Of a DNA stretch of 64,000 nucleotides, positions 1 through 11,654 are shown piece after piece. Every line of letters begins with the position of its first letter. The first letter of the stretch is position 1. The DNA is from the human T2T-CHM13v2.0 reference genome, Homo sapiens. The notes beneath the pieces are model-generated. The model was given only the letters and a program-made list of their open reading frames with translations, searched no databases and had not been told where the DNA came from. The stretch lies in the NCBI RefSeq assembly GCF_009914755.1, contig NC_060929.1; one strand, written 5' to 3'. The position numbers and the translations under genes are program-made.

Positions 1-442
1 CTTACAGCAGCATCCAGCACTCTCCTTCTAGTCACATTGGCCTTAGGTTCTTCCTTGAACAGACTAAGATGGTTCCCATCTCCAGTGCCTTTGTAATTAT
101 TCTTTCTGCCTAGAATATTTCCCAAGATCCTTATGTAGCCTATTCATTTATTTCCTTGCAGTCTCTGTTCAAATATCACAAGAGCTTCTATGTCCAGTTT
201 TATATAAAATGCTACCCTTTCCATCACCGTGCATTCCCTTACCTACTTTTATTTTTCTTCATAGAACTTGTCTTCAGGTAAAAATCTATCATTAATTCCA
301 CAACCCTTGTACAACCTGTATCCTCTGCTAGAATAGTAGGTTCTATGAGTGCAGGTATTCTGCTGTTCAAATCTATATCCATTGTATGTCACTTGGCTTG
401 TACTAGGAGTTTAATAGTTCTTGGCTCAGTAGTAAATAAATG
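1..442 (+). mobile_element. L2 LINE 3' end relic
   Basis: Motifs ttccttgaac...gcctttgt...tctgcctagaat...ctagaatagtaggttctatgag...gtaaataaatg resemble the L2a 3' end; boundaries approximate. Confidence 0.6.
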
Positions 443-1055
443 CACATTCCTTTGATTCTTCCTTGACTAAAGTGTTCATGCTTCACGTTCCAAAACACTT
501 TTTCCAAGAAAACTTTTCAATAACCATAATTTGAAGAAGAGCAGAGGTATATATGTCCAGGACCCTACTCCTTAGGATATTTCCATATTTGAGTGTAAAC
601 ATGAAACCAATTTCTTCTACTTCTGCTTTCCTCCCCTCTGCCTTCTCTCTACTCTCCCCAGCCTGCCCCCCAAAATTTCTATGTGACAGTGAAAATATAA
701 ATATTCCTCCTTTTCCTGCATACTTATATTTTACCACATGTGTTATTTGAAGCACGATTTTCAATCACAATTGGAGAAATGGAGGCAAGAGTGACATTTC
801 TGGTCTAATTTGCTTCCTTGGTCCATTTGAAGGCATCTCTTTCCTAATCTCATCACTGTATGTTATGTATTTATCTCTCTAATTTATCTTAGCAGATTAT
901 GAAAAGTATAAAACCCCATCTTTAGGTAGTACTGTCATCATCATTGCCCTTCAGTTTGTTTAAGAGAAATTGAATTTGTTTAAGAAACAAGAATTTGTTT
1001 AGGACAAGATCAGAGGTGTCATAGATTCACTTAAATGGTGTTGTTTAATTTCTAG

Positions 1056-1463
1056 GAGTTGAGGAGTGCTGAAACAATTGGTCGTACCATCATATCTCCA
1101 GCTATTTCTGGAAAGGATTTTGTGATAACTGAAGGCACATTGGTCTTTGAACCTGGCCAGAGAAGCACTGTATTGGATGTCATCCTAACGCCAGAGACAG
1201 GATCTTTAAATTCATTTCCTAAACGCTTCCAGATTGTCCTTTTTGACCCAAAAGGTGGTGCCAGAATTGATAAAGTGTATGGGACTGCCAACATCACTCT
1301 TGTCTCAGATGCAGATTCGCAGGCCATTTGGGGGCTTGCAGATCAGCTACATCAGCCTGTGAATGATGATATTCTCAACAGAGTGCTCCATACCATCAGC
1401 ATGAAAGTGGCCACAGAAAACACAGATGAACAACTCAGTGCCATGATGCATTTAATAGAAAAG
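1056..1463 (+). CDS. ADGRV1: ADGRV1 coding exon (408 nt, phase 0-0; probably exon 78): degenerate Calx-beta-like repeat and start of GAIN helical region
   Basis: Acceptor ttgtttaatttctAG|GAG and donor AAG|GTAAGT. Open frame ELRSAETIG...SGKDFVITEGTLVFEPGQ...DPKGGARID...AMMHLIEK with a Calx-beta pattern; recognised as ADGRV1 sequence. Confidence 0.96.
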
Positions 1464-2927
1464 GTAAGTTTTTGTGAATATTAGTAATTTGTTTAGTGAA
1501 ATTTTGTAAATTTAAAAACCCAAGTAAAACCAAAATCACATTCTCTTTTAACATTGGTTATTATGAAATTATGATAAATTTAGATTTCTGAACATAGGAA
1601 TAGAATGCATCATATCTGACACTGTCCTCTTCCTTGGATATGACTGATGCCTCTTTGGAAATCTCAGTCTTAGGCTTGGAGAATGACCTAGTGCAGTAGT
1701 AAAGACAGCCTAGTGCATGAAAAAAAAGGCTCCAGAGGTTGGGAGCTATAGGCAGTTGGCGACTCTCCAGAAACTGGCCAATTAACTTTGTAGTTTGAGC
1801 CTCAGTTTTTTTAGTCCATTAAGAAAAAGGACTTGAGCTAGATTATCTACATAGTCCTTCCAGTTTAAATGCCATGGAATAGAAATTATCACCCTCTGCT
1901 TGTTCTTTAGTCCTCACGGGCACTGAAAACTTTCACAGAAAAGAAAAATTAAGAAATGACTAGATAATTTCAGACATTCCATTTGGTATATACTTGTACA
2001 AAACAGATTTTATTTTAAACCTATTTACTTACAACTCTGCAAATGATGGAATTAAATGGAGATGTGAGAGCCTAAGAATATAAATTTTGAAAGATATCTA
2101 TAAAGTTATTACTTAAAAAAAAAGCCTCCTTTGGAGGTTTACTTTGGGCTTTCTTATCAAGATATTTCCTATCAATATATTTATATACAAGAACTGAATG
2201 TTTTGAGTACATACCCATGAATGTATAATTACTACATCTCTTACATAATGACCTTAAAATACTTTAGATGTTAACAATGGGGTTTTAGATAGTCGTGCAT
2301 ACTTTCCATCCAGTGGTATCTCTTAAAATACAATGCTTGAAAGATAGAAAAGAAAATTATAAAGTACAGAGGTAAAAAGAGCAGGCCATGGCAAACATCT
2401 TATAAAGCAAAGGGAAGCGATTGCTATTTCATGCAGAGAAAATTCTGCAGTAAAAACTCACTCCACAAAATATTATTACTTGAATTTTCTAATGGCCCAA
2501 TGGCGTAGGACAATGCCAAGTTGTTTTTGGCCAGGGAAAGAGAAAGAATGTCCAGTAATTACATTTTAGGGAAGGAAACAGGACCTCACTTCATATGATT
2601 TAGGGAAAATATATGGAAATTCTGCTACTTTTTGTTCTCAATAAGTTATGTATGTTAACCAAGTTATTATTGGTTAAGAATCAACACTTATTTCAGTAGA
2701 GTTGTCAGATAGTACATCTTGACTGTTACTAGTACTATCGTGAATAATACAATGGAATTATAAAAGTAGCTCCTATGGGAAAATGTAATTAACTTTTTTT
2801 GAGTAACCATTAGCAAACAGTACAATTTTCTCATATATGAAGATACTTAAATAAATAACCTGGGAATACTTGGAGGGATAAAATATATTTTAAATGTTAT
2901 AAAAATATTGTAATATTGTAAAATATT

Positions 2928-3254
<327 letters not shown>

Positions 3255-3489
3255 CTAGTATTTTATTTCAGCCAAAGCCTTCTTTGCTCTGGTTATTTTC
3301 AAATCAAGTTATTGTCACTACTTTTTTAAAAATAGTATGATATAATGTACTCTCAAATTCCTTTTTTATATGTACATCAATACTGAAATCTGTTGATTTA
3401 ACTGACTTATTTAATAATTATAGAAATATATATTACATATGTACATACAGAAAATATATAAAGAAAACAAAAATTCTACTAACATAGAC

Positions 3490-4230
3490 TTCAGTAAATG
3501 GAAATTCATACCTTGTTCTGCAATAAGAAGATTCAATATATGGACACAACAGTTTTCTGTAAATTAACCTATAAATGAATCGTAATTCCTATCAATATAT
3601 CATTAGGTTGTTTTGGGGTTATTTTTACATTGATAAAATGATACTAAAGTTTACCTGGAAATGTAAACATGTGAAAATGGGCAGAACTTTCCTGAAAAAG
3701 AAGAAAAAAGGAGAGGGACCTTGCCCTAGCAGATATGAAAACATATTTGAAATATGGTGTTACTGTGATTAAAGGGGCACCGGTGCAGACATAAACATTC
3801 ACATCAATGGAATAGAACAAAAAGTTCAAAAACTGAAGCATAGATGAAAATTTTATATGTGATAAAGTGCTATTTAAAAATCAATGGGTCGAAAATATTA
3901 TTCAGCAAATAGTGTTGAGATGGCTGATGTAACCATTTGAAAGCAAAATAGAGCTGAACCTTATCCTAAATTCTACCCCCAATAAATTCTAGACAGATCA
4001 AATATTTCAGTGAAAAACTGAAACCATGAAAGTAGCAGAAAACGTGGATCAGTCATTTCATCGTTTTAGTTTAGAATGGGGAAGATCTTTCCAAAGCCTC
4101 AGACAAAACCCAGAAGCCACAAAGGAAATGACTGATAACTTGACCACATACAGTTTAAATAAAATTTCTCTTAGCATACACCAAAGCAAAGTGAAAACAC
4201 AACTAATGAGTGTGGGGAACATTTTTGCAA
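3490..4230 (+). mobile_element. Old L1 (L1M) ORF2 3' region relic
   Basis: ORF 3575..3772 contains IDKMILKFTWKCK...RTFLKKKKK.G, matching the L1 ORF2p C-terminal motif (DKLILKFIWK...KTILKKKNK.GG). Disrupted by stops and frameshifts. Confidence 0.85.
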
Positions 4231-4438
4231 ATACACGTGTGATGAGAATGTTTATTTCAGCATTACTTCTTATAACGATAAAAACTGGGAAAAACGATAG
4301 CCATTATGAGGGGCCTGACTAAATGAATGCATGAAATGTATTTAAAAGTGCAAGAAATACATATTTTATATTTTAAGCATAGCAATAATAATGAGAATAA
4401 TAAAACAAGAACTGAAAATTTGGATTATCACATAAAGA

Positions 4439-4626
4439 TAAGGTGGCAAAATTTACCAAATAAAAAGAAGGAATGCTCAGTTAAGTTTGAATTTCAGATA
4501 AACCACAAATACATTTTTTAGTATAAGCATATTGCAGATACTTATTTGGGACATATTTATACCAAAAAGTTATTGTTGCCTGTCTAAAATTCAAATAAGG
4601 TCATTTGTACTTTACCTGGCAAACCA
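4439..4626. mobile_element. MER53 palindromic hAT MITE
   Basis: aggtggcaaaattt...ttaagtttgaatttcagataaac...tttagtataag / ttgggacatatttatac...aaaattcaaat...cctggcaaac: self-complementary ~190 bp matching the MER53 consensus as recalled. Confidence 0.85.
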
Positions 4627-5699
4627 TTTATATATGCCATATGAAATTATATACACTCTAAAATAACCTCATATTAAAAAGGACAGAATAGAACTTCCAA
4701 GTACTGGAAGGTACTTCATTCTGTAAGATATTATATTTTAAGTGAAATTGTTTTACATTTTTAAATTTTATTTTCCCCCACATTCTAAGTTCTTTGAAAC
4801 AAAATCTATTATATACAATGTATTTCTTTTAAAAGATCTCAATAAATTTTAAGTAATATTATTACACATGCTAGAAGTGGCACAAGTATTATACTAAAAA
4901 AGAGCATCAGCTTTAAATGCCTCACTATAAAGACTTTCTGTATGAAATCCAGCTGTGGGTTCAGGCAAATTTTTGCTATGACAGAATATTCTATCCCCTG
5001 ATTTTCCCAGGCATAGTGAAATAAAAAATATTTTAAAAGCTCTTAGTCGTCTTAATAGCAAGAGCAGTCTAAAACCCCCCTGAATCTGATATGCTAACTT
5101 TCAATTTCGTCAGGTTTTGATTTTGTCGTTATCAAAGCTTGGCAAAGCCCATCAGGAGGTGTTGACTCTAATTTTTTGTTCTGAAACACTTGAAAGAGCA
5201 CAGGAATAATTAGTTCTGTAAAAGTTTGATAGACTATCCCCTACCTCCAAAGGCCTCCGTCTTTGTCTTCTATCCTGACAACTTCTTAAGTTTTTTCCAT
5301 GGTTGATTCAGGTCTTCTACTTGTTCGTAAGGCAATTTTAATAATGTTGGGAGTTCTTTTGTTGTTTGTGTAAACTGGCCTTGTGGAGCCAGCCTGTTTC
5401 TTTTCATCATATACTTTTTAATAACAGATACCTTATATTTCAAGAATTAGTTTTTACACTTGATTTATTTTGTAATCATACTAACAAGGATTTTGAGTTA
5501 ACTCTGTATTTTACTGGCTGGTTTTGTATTTCATGCTCGAGGTAATTTTGACTGACTTGTCTGTGAACTGAGTCAGTCCAGGTGGTTGCTTTGGCACAAG
5601 CAAGTGGGGAGTGTTGCCAGGCAGTGTAGGGCGGCTGTCAGGAGCACCTCCTAGGCTTCGTGGTCACCAACTGTGTGCGAACACAATTGTGCGCAAACA

Positions 5700-5830
5700 A
5701 AAAGAACAAGTTAGTCATCCTCCTTCTGCCTTAGTTTCCCTAACTGGAAACAAAGACAATAGGACCTTCCTCACAGGTTGTTGTGAAGAGTAGTTGCTAG
5801 AAAGTGCTGAAAACTACAAGGTCCCTGTAC
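5700..5830 (+). mobile_element. MIR SINE fragment
   Basis: Core tctgccttagtttccctaactggaaacaaagacaataggaccttcctcacaggttgttgtgaag. Confidence 0.7.
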
Positions 5831-6591
5831 TAACTGAGTATTATAGAAATGGCCTTTTTGTTTCAGTTTTGTGTGCTTTACTAAAAGAAACTTTGTTTTT
5901 TTTTAATATGAATGAAAGTGTGGGTAGCCATAGAATGCCTGGATCACAGCCTTTAATTCTTACAATTCTGAACATATTGCTTGGCTGGCTTCTGACATTT
6001 CATTTTTAGAAAAGTCGGAAGTTAAACTAAATTTTTGTTTTTCTGTTGGTAATTTTTTTCCTGTCTGGTTTCTGGTATGATTTTTTTTTTACTCTTGAAA
6101 TAATATTTTTTAAAATCACCCAAATATATCTGGTGTTGTCTCTTTTTCTAATTTTCCCTAGTATAAAAGCAATCTCTACATTTTTAGACATGAATATTCT
6201 TCAGCATTTTAAGGAGCTGTGTTATTTTTTGCCTCTGCCTGCTCTTTTATATATAGAATTATATCTTAGGGATTTGTCAAGATTTGTCCTACTAGCCTGT
6301 TATCTTTTCTCTGAGTTCTGGGAGATTTTCTTGAGCTTGTTTCCATTTATCATATTCAGTTTGCTTGTTTCAGTATCCAGTGGTTGTGCTCTGTCTCCAT
6401 TTGTAATTTTTGCATTGCTAAATTTTTATTCTGTGTCTTTTACATTTCCCTGTGGGTTATTCTCCACTCTGCCTTACTATGTGGGAGATGACTATTCTTA
6501 TAAATGCCAATCTTGAGCTCTACCATGAGCTTGGAACTGTACTAGATTACAAAGTCATAAAAAAATGAGGAACATGATCCACTTTCACGAT

Positions 6592-6830
6592 GAGCTTGAA
6601 ACAGATAAATCATTTCAAGGTTGTCATAAGTTCACTGATAAAGTTACATGTAAGTTACAAAGAGAGTGATAATGTAGGTTGGTAGATGGGGCATAGTGTA
6701 AGAATCATAGAGCTTGAAACAGATAAATCATTTCAAGGTTGTCATAAGTTCACTGATAAAGTTACATGCAAGTTACAAAGAGAGTGATAATGTAGGTTGG
6801 TAGATGGGGCATAGTGTAAGAATCATAGAG
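6592..6830. repeat. 118-bp direct tandem duplication (2 copies)
   Basis: 6592-6709 and 6710-6827 are identical except T6651/C6769; followed by GAG microhomology. Confidence 0.97.
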
Positions 6831-6931
6831 AAAGTGATGACTTTTAGAGTTTGAGGAAGTAATAGGGACTTATCAGAAGGTAATGGAGTAAGTGGCTTCA
6901 CACCAATGCTTAAACGATAAAGATGTGGTCC

Positions 6932-8501
6932 TGTGTCCGGAATTGGTGGGTTCTTGGTCTCACTGACTTCAAGAATGAAGCCGTGGACCCTCGCAGTGAG
7001 TGTTACAGTTCTTAAAGGCGGCGTGTCTGGAGTTTGTTCCTTCTGAGGTTCGGATGTGTTCAGAGTTTCTTCCTTCTGGTGAGTTTGTGGTCTTGCGGGC
7101 TCAGGAGTGAAGCTGCAGACCTTCGCAGTGAGTGTTACAGCTCGTAAAGGCAGTGTGGACCCAAAGAGTGAGCAGTAGCAAGATTTATTGCAAAGAGCGG
7201 AAGAATAAAGCTTCCATAGTGTGCAAGGGGACCCGAGCAGGTTGCCACTGCTGGCTCAGGCAGCCTGCTTTTATTCTCTTATCTGGCCCCACCCACATCC
7301 TGCTGATTGGTCCGTTTTACAGAGAGCCGATTGGTCTGTTTTACAGAGCGCTGATTGGTCCATTTTGACAGGGTGCTGACTGGTGCATTTATAATCCCTG
7401 AGCTAGACACAAAAGTTCTCCATGTCCCCACTAGATTAGCTAGATACAGAGTGTCAATTGGTGTATTTACAAACCCTGAGCTAGACACAGAGTGCTGATT
7501 GGTGCACTTACAAACCTTGAGCTAGATACAGAGTGCTGATTCATGCCTTCACAATCCCTTAGCTAGACATAAAGGTTCTCCAAGCCCCCACCAGATTAAC
7601 TAGATACAGAGTGCCAATTGGTGCATTCACAAACCCTGAGCTAGACACAGGGTGCTGATTGGTGTGTTTACAAACCTTGAGCTAGATACAGAGTGCTGAT
7701 TGGTGTATTTACAATCCCTTAGCTAGACATAAAGATCTCCAAGTCCCCACCAGATTAACTAGATACAGAGTGCCTATTGGTGCATTCACAAACCCTGAGC
7801 TAGACACAGGGTGCTGATTGGTGTGTTTATAAACCTTGAGCTAGATACAGAGTGCCGATTGGTGTATTTACAATCCCTTAGCTAGACATATTCTCCAAGT
7901 CCCCACCAGACTCAGGAGCCCAGCTGGCTTCACCCAGTGGATCCCGCACCAGGGCTGCAGGTGGAGCTGCCTGCCAGTCCTGCGCTGTGTGCCCACACTC
8001 CTCAGCCCTTGGGCGGTTGATGGGACTGGGTGCCCTGGAGCAGGGGGAGGTGCTTGTCAGGGAGGCTTGGGCTGCTCAGGAGCCCACGGTGGTGGGGGGA
8101 GGCTCAGGCATGGTGGGCTGCAGGTCCCGAGCCCTGCCCCGCAGGGAGGCAGCTAAGGCCCGGCAAGAAGTCGAGCACGGCAGCTGCTGGCCAAGGTGCT
8201 AAGCCCCTCACTGCCCGGGGCTGGCAGGGCTGGCTGGCCGCTGAATGCGGGGCCCACTGAGCCCACGCCCACCCGGAACTCGCGCTGGCCCTGGTTCCCG
8301 CCCTGGTTCCCGCCTCTCCCTCCACACCTCCCTGCAAGCTGAGGGAGCCGGTTCCCGCCTCGGCCAGCCCAGAAAGGGGCTCCCACAGTGCAGCGGTGGG
8401 CTGAAGGGCTCCTCAAGCGCGGCCAGAGTGGGCACCAAGGCCGAGGAGGCACCGAGAGTGAGCGAGGGCTGTGAGGGCTGCCAGCACGCTGTCACCTCTC
8501 A
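6932..8501 (-). mobile_element. Solo LTR12 (ERV9; LTR12C/D-like), 1570 bp, antisense to ADGRV1
   Basis: Minus strand starts TGAGAGGTGACAGCGTGCTGG and ends CCAATTCCGGACACA. 4-bp TSD GTCC at 6928-6931 and 8502-8505. GC/CpG-rich U3 and tandem CCAAT repeats. Confidence 0.97.
7269..7865 (-). promoter_or_regulatory. LTR12 enhancer/promoter: NF-Y (CCAAT) array and AATAAAA TATA-like box
   Basis: About 11 ATTGG (minus-strand CCAAT) in ~41-bp units, 7306-7862; ttttatt at 7269-7275. Matches the known ERV9 LTR layout. Activity not shown. Confidence 0.75.
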
Positions 8502-9115
8502 GTCCCCCGTCATTTTGGATTTTTCCTCCTTTTTTCCCCTGTCTCTCAAAAAAACAAATAACCCAGTTTTTTTTTAGTAGGAAGGGTCATACTTACTGAA
8601 AAAGGCAAAAGCTCTTGACTAATCTTGAAAAGGATTTTCTCATTTGGTGCTTTAAATATTTAGTGATTATGGTAGCTTCTGTTTACTGGAAAAAAATAAT
8701 TTTGCCACTATTATAAACAAATATTCTTGAGGTATTTATTTCCTTATTTGTTGGTCAAAAGAATAAGAATCCCTAGGGTAGATGTAAAAGTGAGACTAAT
8801 TTTAACTCATGATGTTAATTATTGTAGTTAAAATTAAATAATCTGTGCAGGCATTTAGGACTTTATCTAATGATTAAGTAGAAAATATTTTGGTGATTAT
8901 GCCTTTTCTTTATAGATGATTACTTATGCCTTTTCAACTGCAAATATATATATTTGAAATATAATTTTGATACCAATTTCTCTTAAGTTTTCATAGGTTT
9001 ATCCTTACTAATGTTAATAACTATTAATAAGGAACACACACACATATATGTATAGCATATAATTTAAGAAATTTATTTTTATAGATATATTTTTATACTT
9101 AGATTCTTTTTCCAG

Positions 9116-9300
9116 ATAACTACTGAAGGAAAAATTCAAGCTTTCAGTGTTGCCAGCCGAACTCTTTTCTATGAGATTCTTTGTTCTCTTATTAACCCAA
9201 AGCGCAAGGACACTAGGGGATTCAGTCACTTTGCTGAAGTGACTGAGAATTTTGCCTTTTCTCTGCTGACTAATGTTACTTGCGGCTCTCCTGGTGAAAA
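9116..9300 (+). CDS. ADGRV1: ADGRV1 coding exon (185 nt, phase 0-2; probably exon 79), GAIN region
   Basis: Acceptor ttctttttccAG|ATA and donor AA|GTAAGT. Translates ITTEGKIQAFSVASRTLFYEILCSLINPKRKDTRGFSHFAEVTENFAFSLLTNVTCGSPGE(K), in phase with both neighbours. Missed by the ORF track on this strand. Confidence 0.95.
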
Positions 9301-9812
9301 GTAAGTATCTTTTAATATATTAGCAGTACCTTTTATGCATTTTTTTCACTGTTTACAAAGCAATATGTAATGCAAAATGACATTTAGATGATGTAACTAA
9401 GAATGATACAGTCAATGCATTGTACCACTTGGAAAGTTGAAGTTAATTATTTGAAGGAAACATAGCAGGTACATCAAAAAAATAAATGTATACTGTCAAC
9501 AATATATTCCACTTATTTTGAAGTGTTTTTTGAAAATAACAAAAGCCTTACTGTTTACTCTTATTTATTTAATGAGTGAAAGATACATTCTGAATAGAAA
9601 AAAAAAGAGAGATTACAGCCTTTAGGAGTGTTTTGATGTGTTATTAATTGTGCTTTCCCCAATCACAAACAACTGTGATTGTTCTGTCCATTTGGAGACA
9701 ACTCTCAGACTGTTGTTGAACTTCAGACTAGTTGTCGGAAAGCTAGCAAGAGGAAAAGGAAAAAATAAAATGTGGCTCATGTTCATTATTAACTACATAA
9801 TTAATTTTATAA

Positions 9813-10181
<369 letters not shown>

Positions 10182-10439
10182 TAGGTCACAAGACATACGA
10201 AGTTCAAAGAGATAGTCAATCCAGATAGAAAAAAGTTATAAGAACAAGGAATAAAATAATAATGATACAAATGATATTAATTATACCTCTGCTATAGTCC
10301 TGACATTGATTTAAATTGAACAATATCGATTGCCTTTGTTAATAGGTAAAAACAGTATAATGAAATTTCCATGTGGTTCAACCTAATCCTTGCTAAAAGT
10401 TGTACATATTGTTTTGTCCTTACAGAGATCATTTTAAGT

Positions 10440-10590
10440 AGCTATTCAGGATTTGAGTGAGGGCTTTTAATACCCCTATTTACAGATGTAGACACTAAGG
10501 CTAGAAATCTTACACAGCTTGCCAAGGGTCACACAATTAGTTCATGGAGAGGCCTGGACTCAACCCCAGACTTACTTGAGTCTACAGCCC
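10440..10590 (-). mobile_element. MIR SINE
   Basis: ccctatttacagatgtagacactaaggct...cttgccaagggtcacacaattag...ggactcaaccc. Confidence 0.7.
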
Positions 10591-11578
10591 CTGCTGGACA
10601 CCTGTGGTCAGAATAGATTGTAACCACCTACTTCATAGCAAAATCTGCCCCCTCCAGCCCATGGCTCTGAAGTGCCCTATACTTTCATCCCAGATCAGTG
10701 CTAGGGTGTGACTTGAGGTAAAGGTACAGAATCAACATATCCCTATACTCTACTTTTCCTTTAATTTTGATGAGTGAGTCCTGGAAATTGAGGTTTTTTC
10801 TTAATGTGCAAAATCAGAAAAGCCTCACATGGGGCTTTTGAAAGGATTCTCCAATCCTCACCACTGCTCCTAAATGTCCATCTGAGACCAATGATTAACA
10901 GTTCAGCTCCTTAGTGCCTCTTATAAATGTCTCTAATGCTGTCTTCAGAAACCTCTGAAATGGATCATTTATTTGCTTCAAGTAAGTTTGCACTAAGTGA
11001 GGCCACAGTATGCATTTGTGTGTGTGTGTAGTCAAGAATACCTGTTATTGTTTTCCCCTGTTGAACTATGTTCAACTATTTTGTTCAATGAAATCAAGCA
11101 GTTCATAGCTTTGCAATCCCCACAATCTCATTCTTCTTTTCCATTTTCCCTATATCTCTATAAGATCACCAGCATGTTAAAATCACAAGGTTGTCTTAGA
11201 TGTGAACCATCTACCTTGCTGTGCATGTTGAGTCCCATATCTATGCCTTCAAGGGCCCAGTGAAAACTCAAGAGCTTATAAGATGCACAGAAAGAGTGGC
11301 CTTTTCTGTTTTGTTTTGTTGAATGCTGTATTCACTGGGCCTAGAACAATGTCTGGTATGTGGTGGATTTTCAATGGTTACAATAAAATGAGGGAGTAGA
11401 ATGAGTAAATGAATCAACATGTTTTCTGCCATACGCTTCCACTAAATAGACTTACCTTTCCTTTTGAGTTGTCCAGGAAGAGGAAACAGCATGTACAATG
11501 GCAGTCAGGCAAGAATTAGCATGGTATGTTTGGGGAGCTCATCAGTTTTTTAAAGATTGAACATGGAGTAAGCTAGGT

Positions 11579-11581
<3 letters not shown>

Positions 11582-11649
<68 letters not shown>
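11582..11649. repeat. Compound microsatellite (GT)21(GA)13
   Basis: Perfect dinucleotide runs read directly. Confidence 0.98.

Positions 11650-11654
<5 letters not shown>

Noticed and set aside
3575-4322. L1 ORF2-like ORFs
   Set aside because: Fragmented ancient L1, not an active element or host gene.
6046-6516. 156-aa hydrophobic ORF
   Set aside because: F/L/I-rich product of T-rich sequence, probably an antisense old L1 relic; non-ATG start and no exon structure.
7204-7209. Sense-strand AATAAA inside the LTR12
   Set aside because: AATAAA is abundant in these introns and there is no adjacent exon context.
7385-7905. Regularly spaced repeats resembling a CRISPR array
   Set aside because: No unique spacers or cas genes; eukaryotic ERV9 U3 enhancer repeats.
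7132-8577. Cluster of overlapping GC-rich ORFs on both strands
   Set aside because: All lie in the LTR12; high GC suppresses stop codons; no gag/pol/env similarity.
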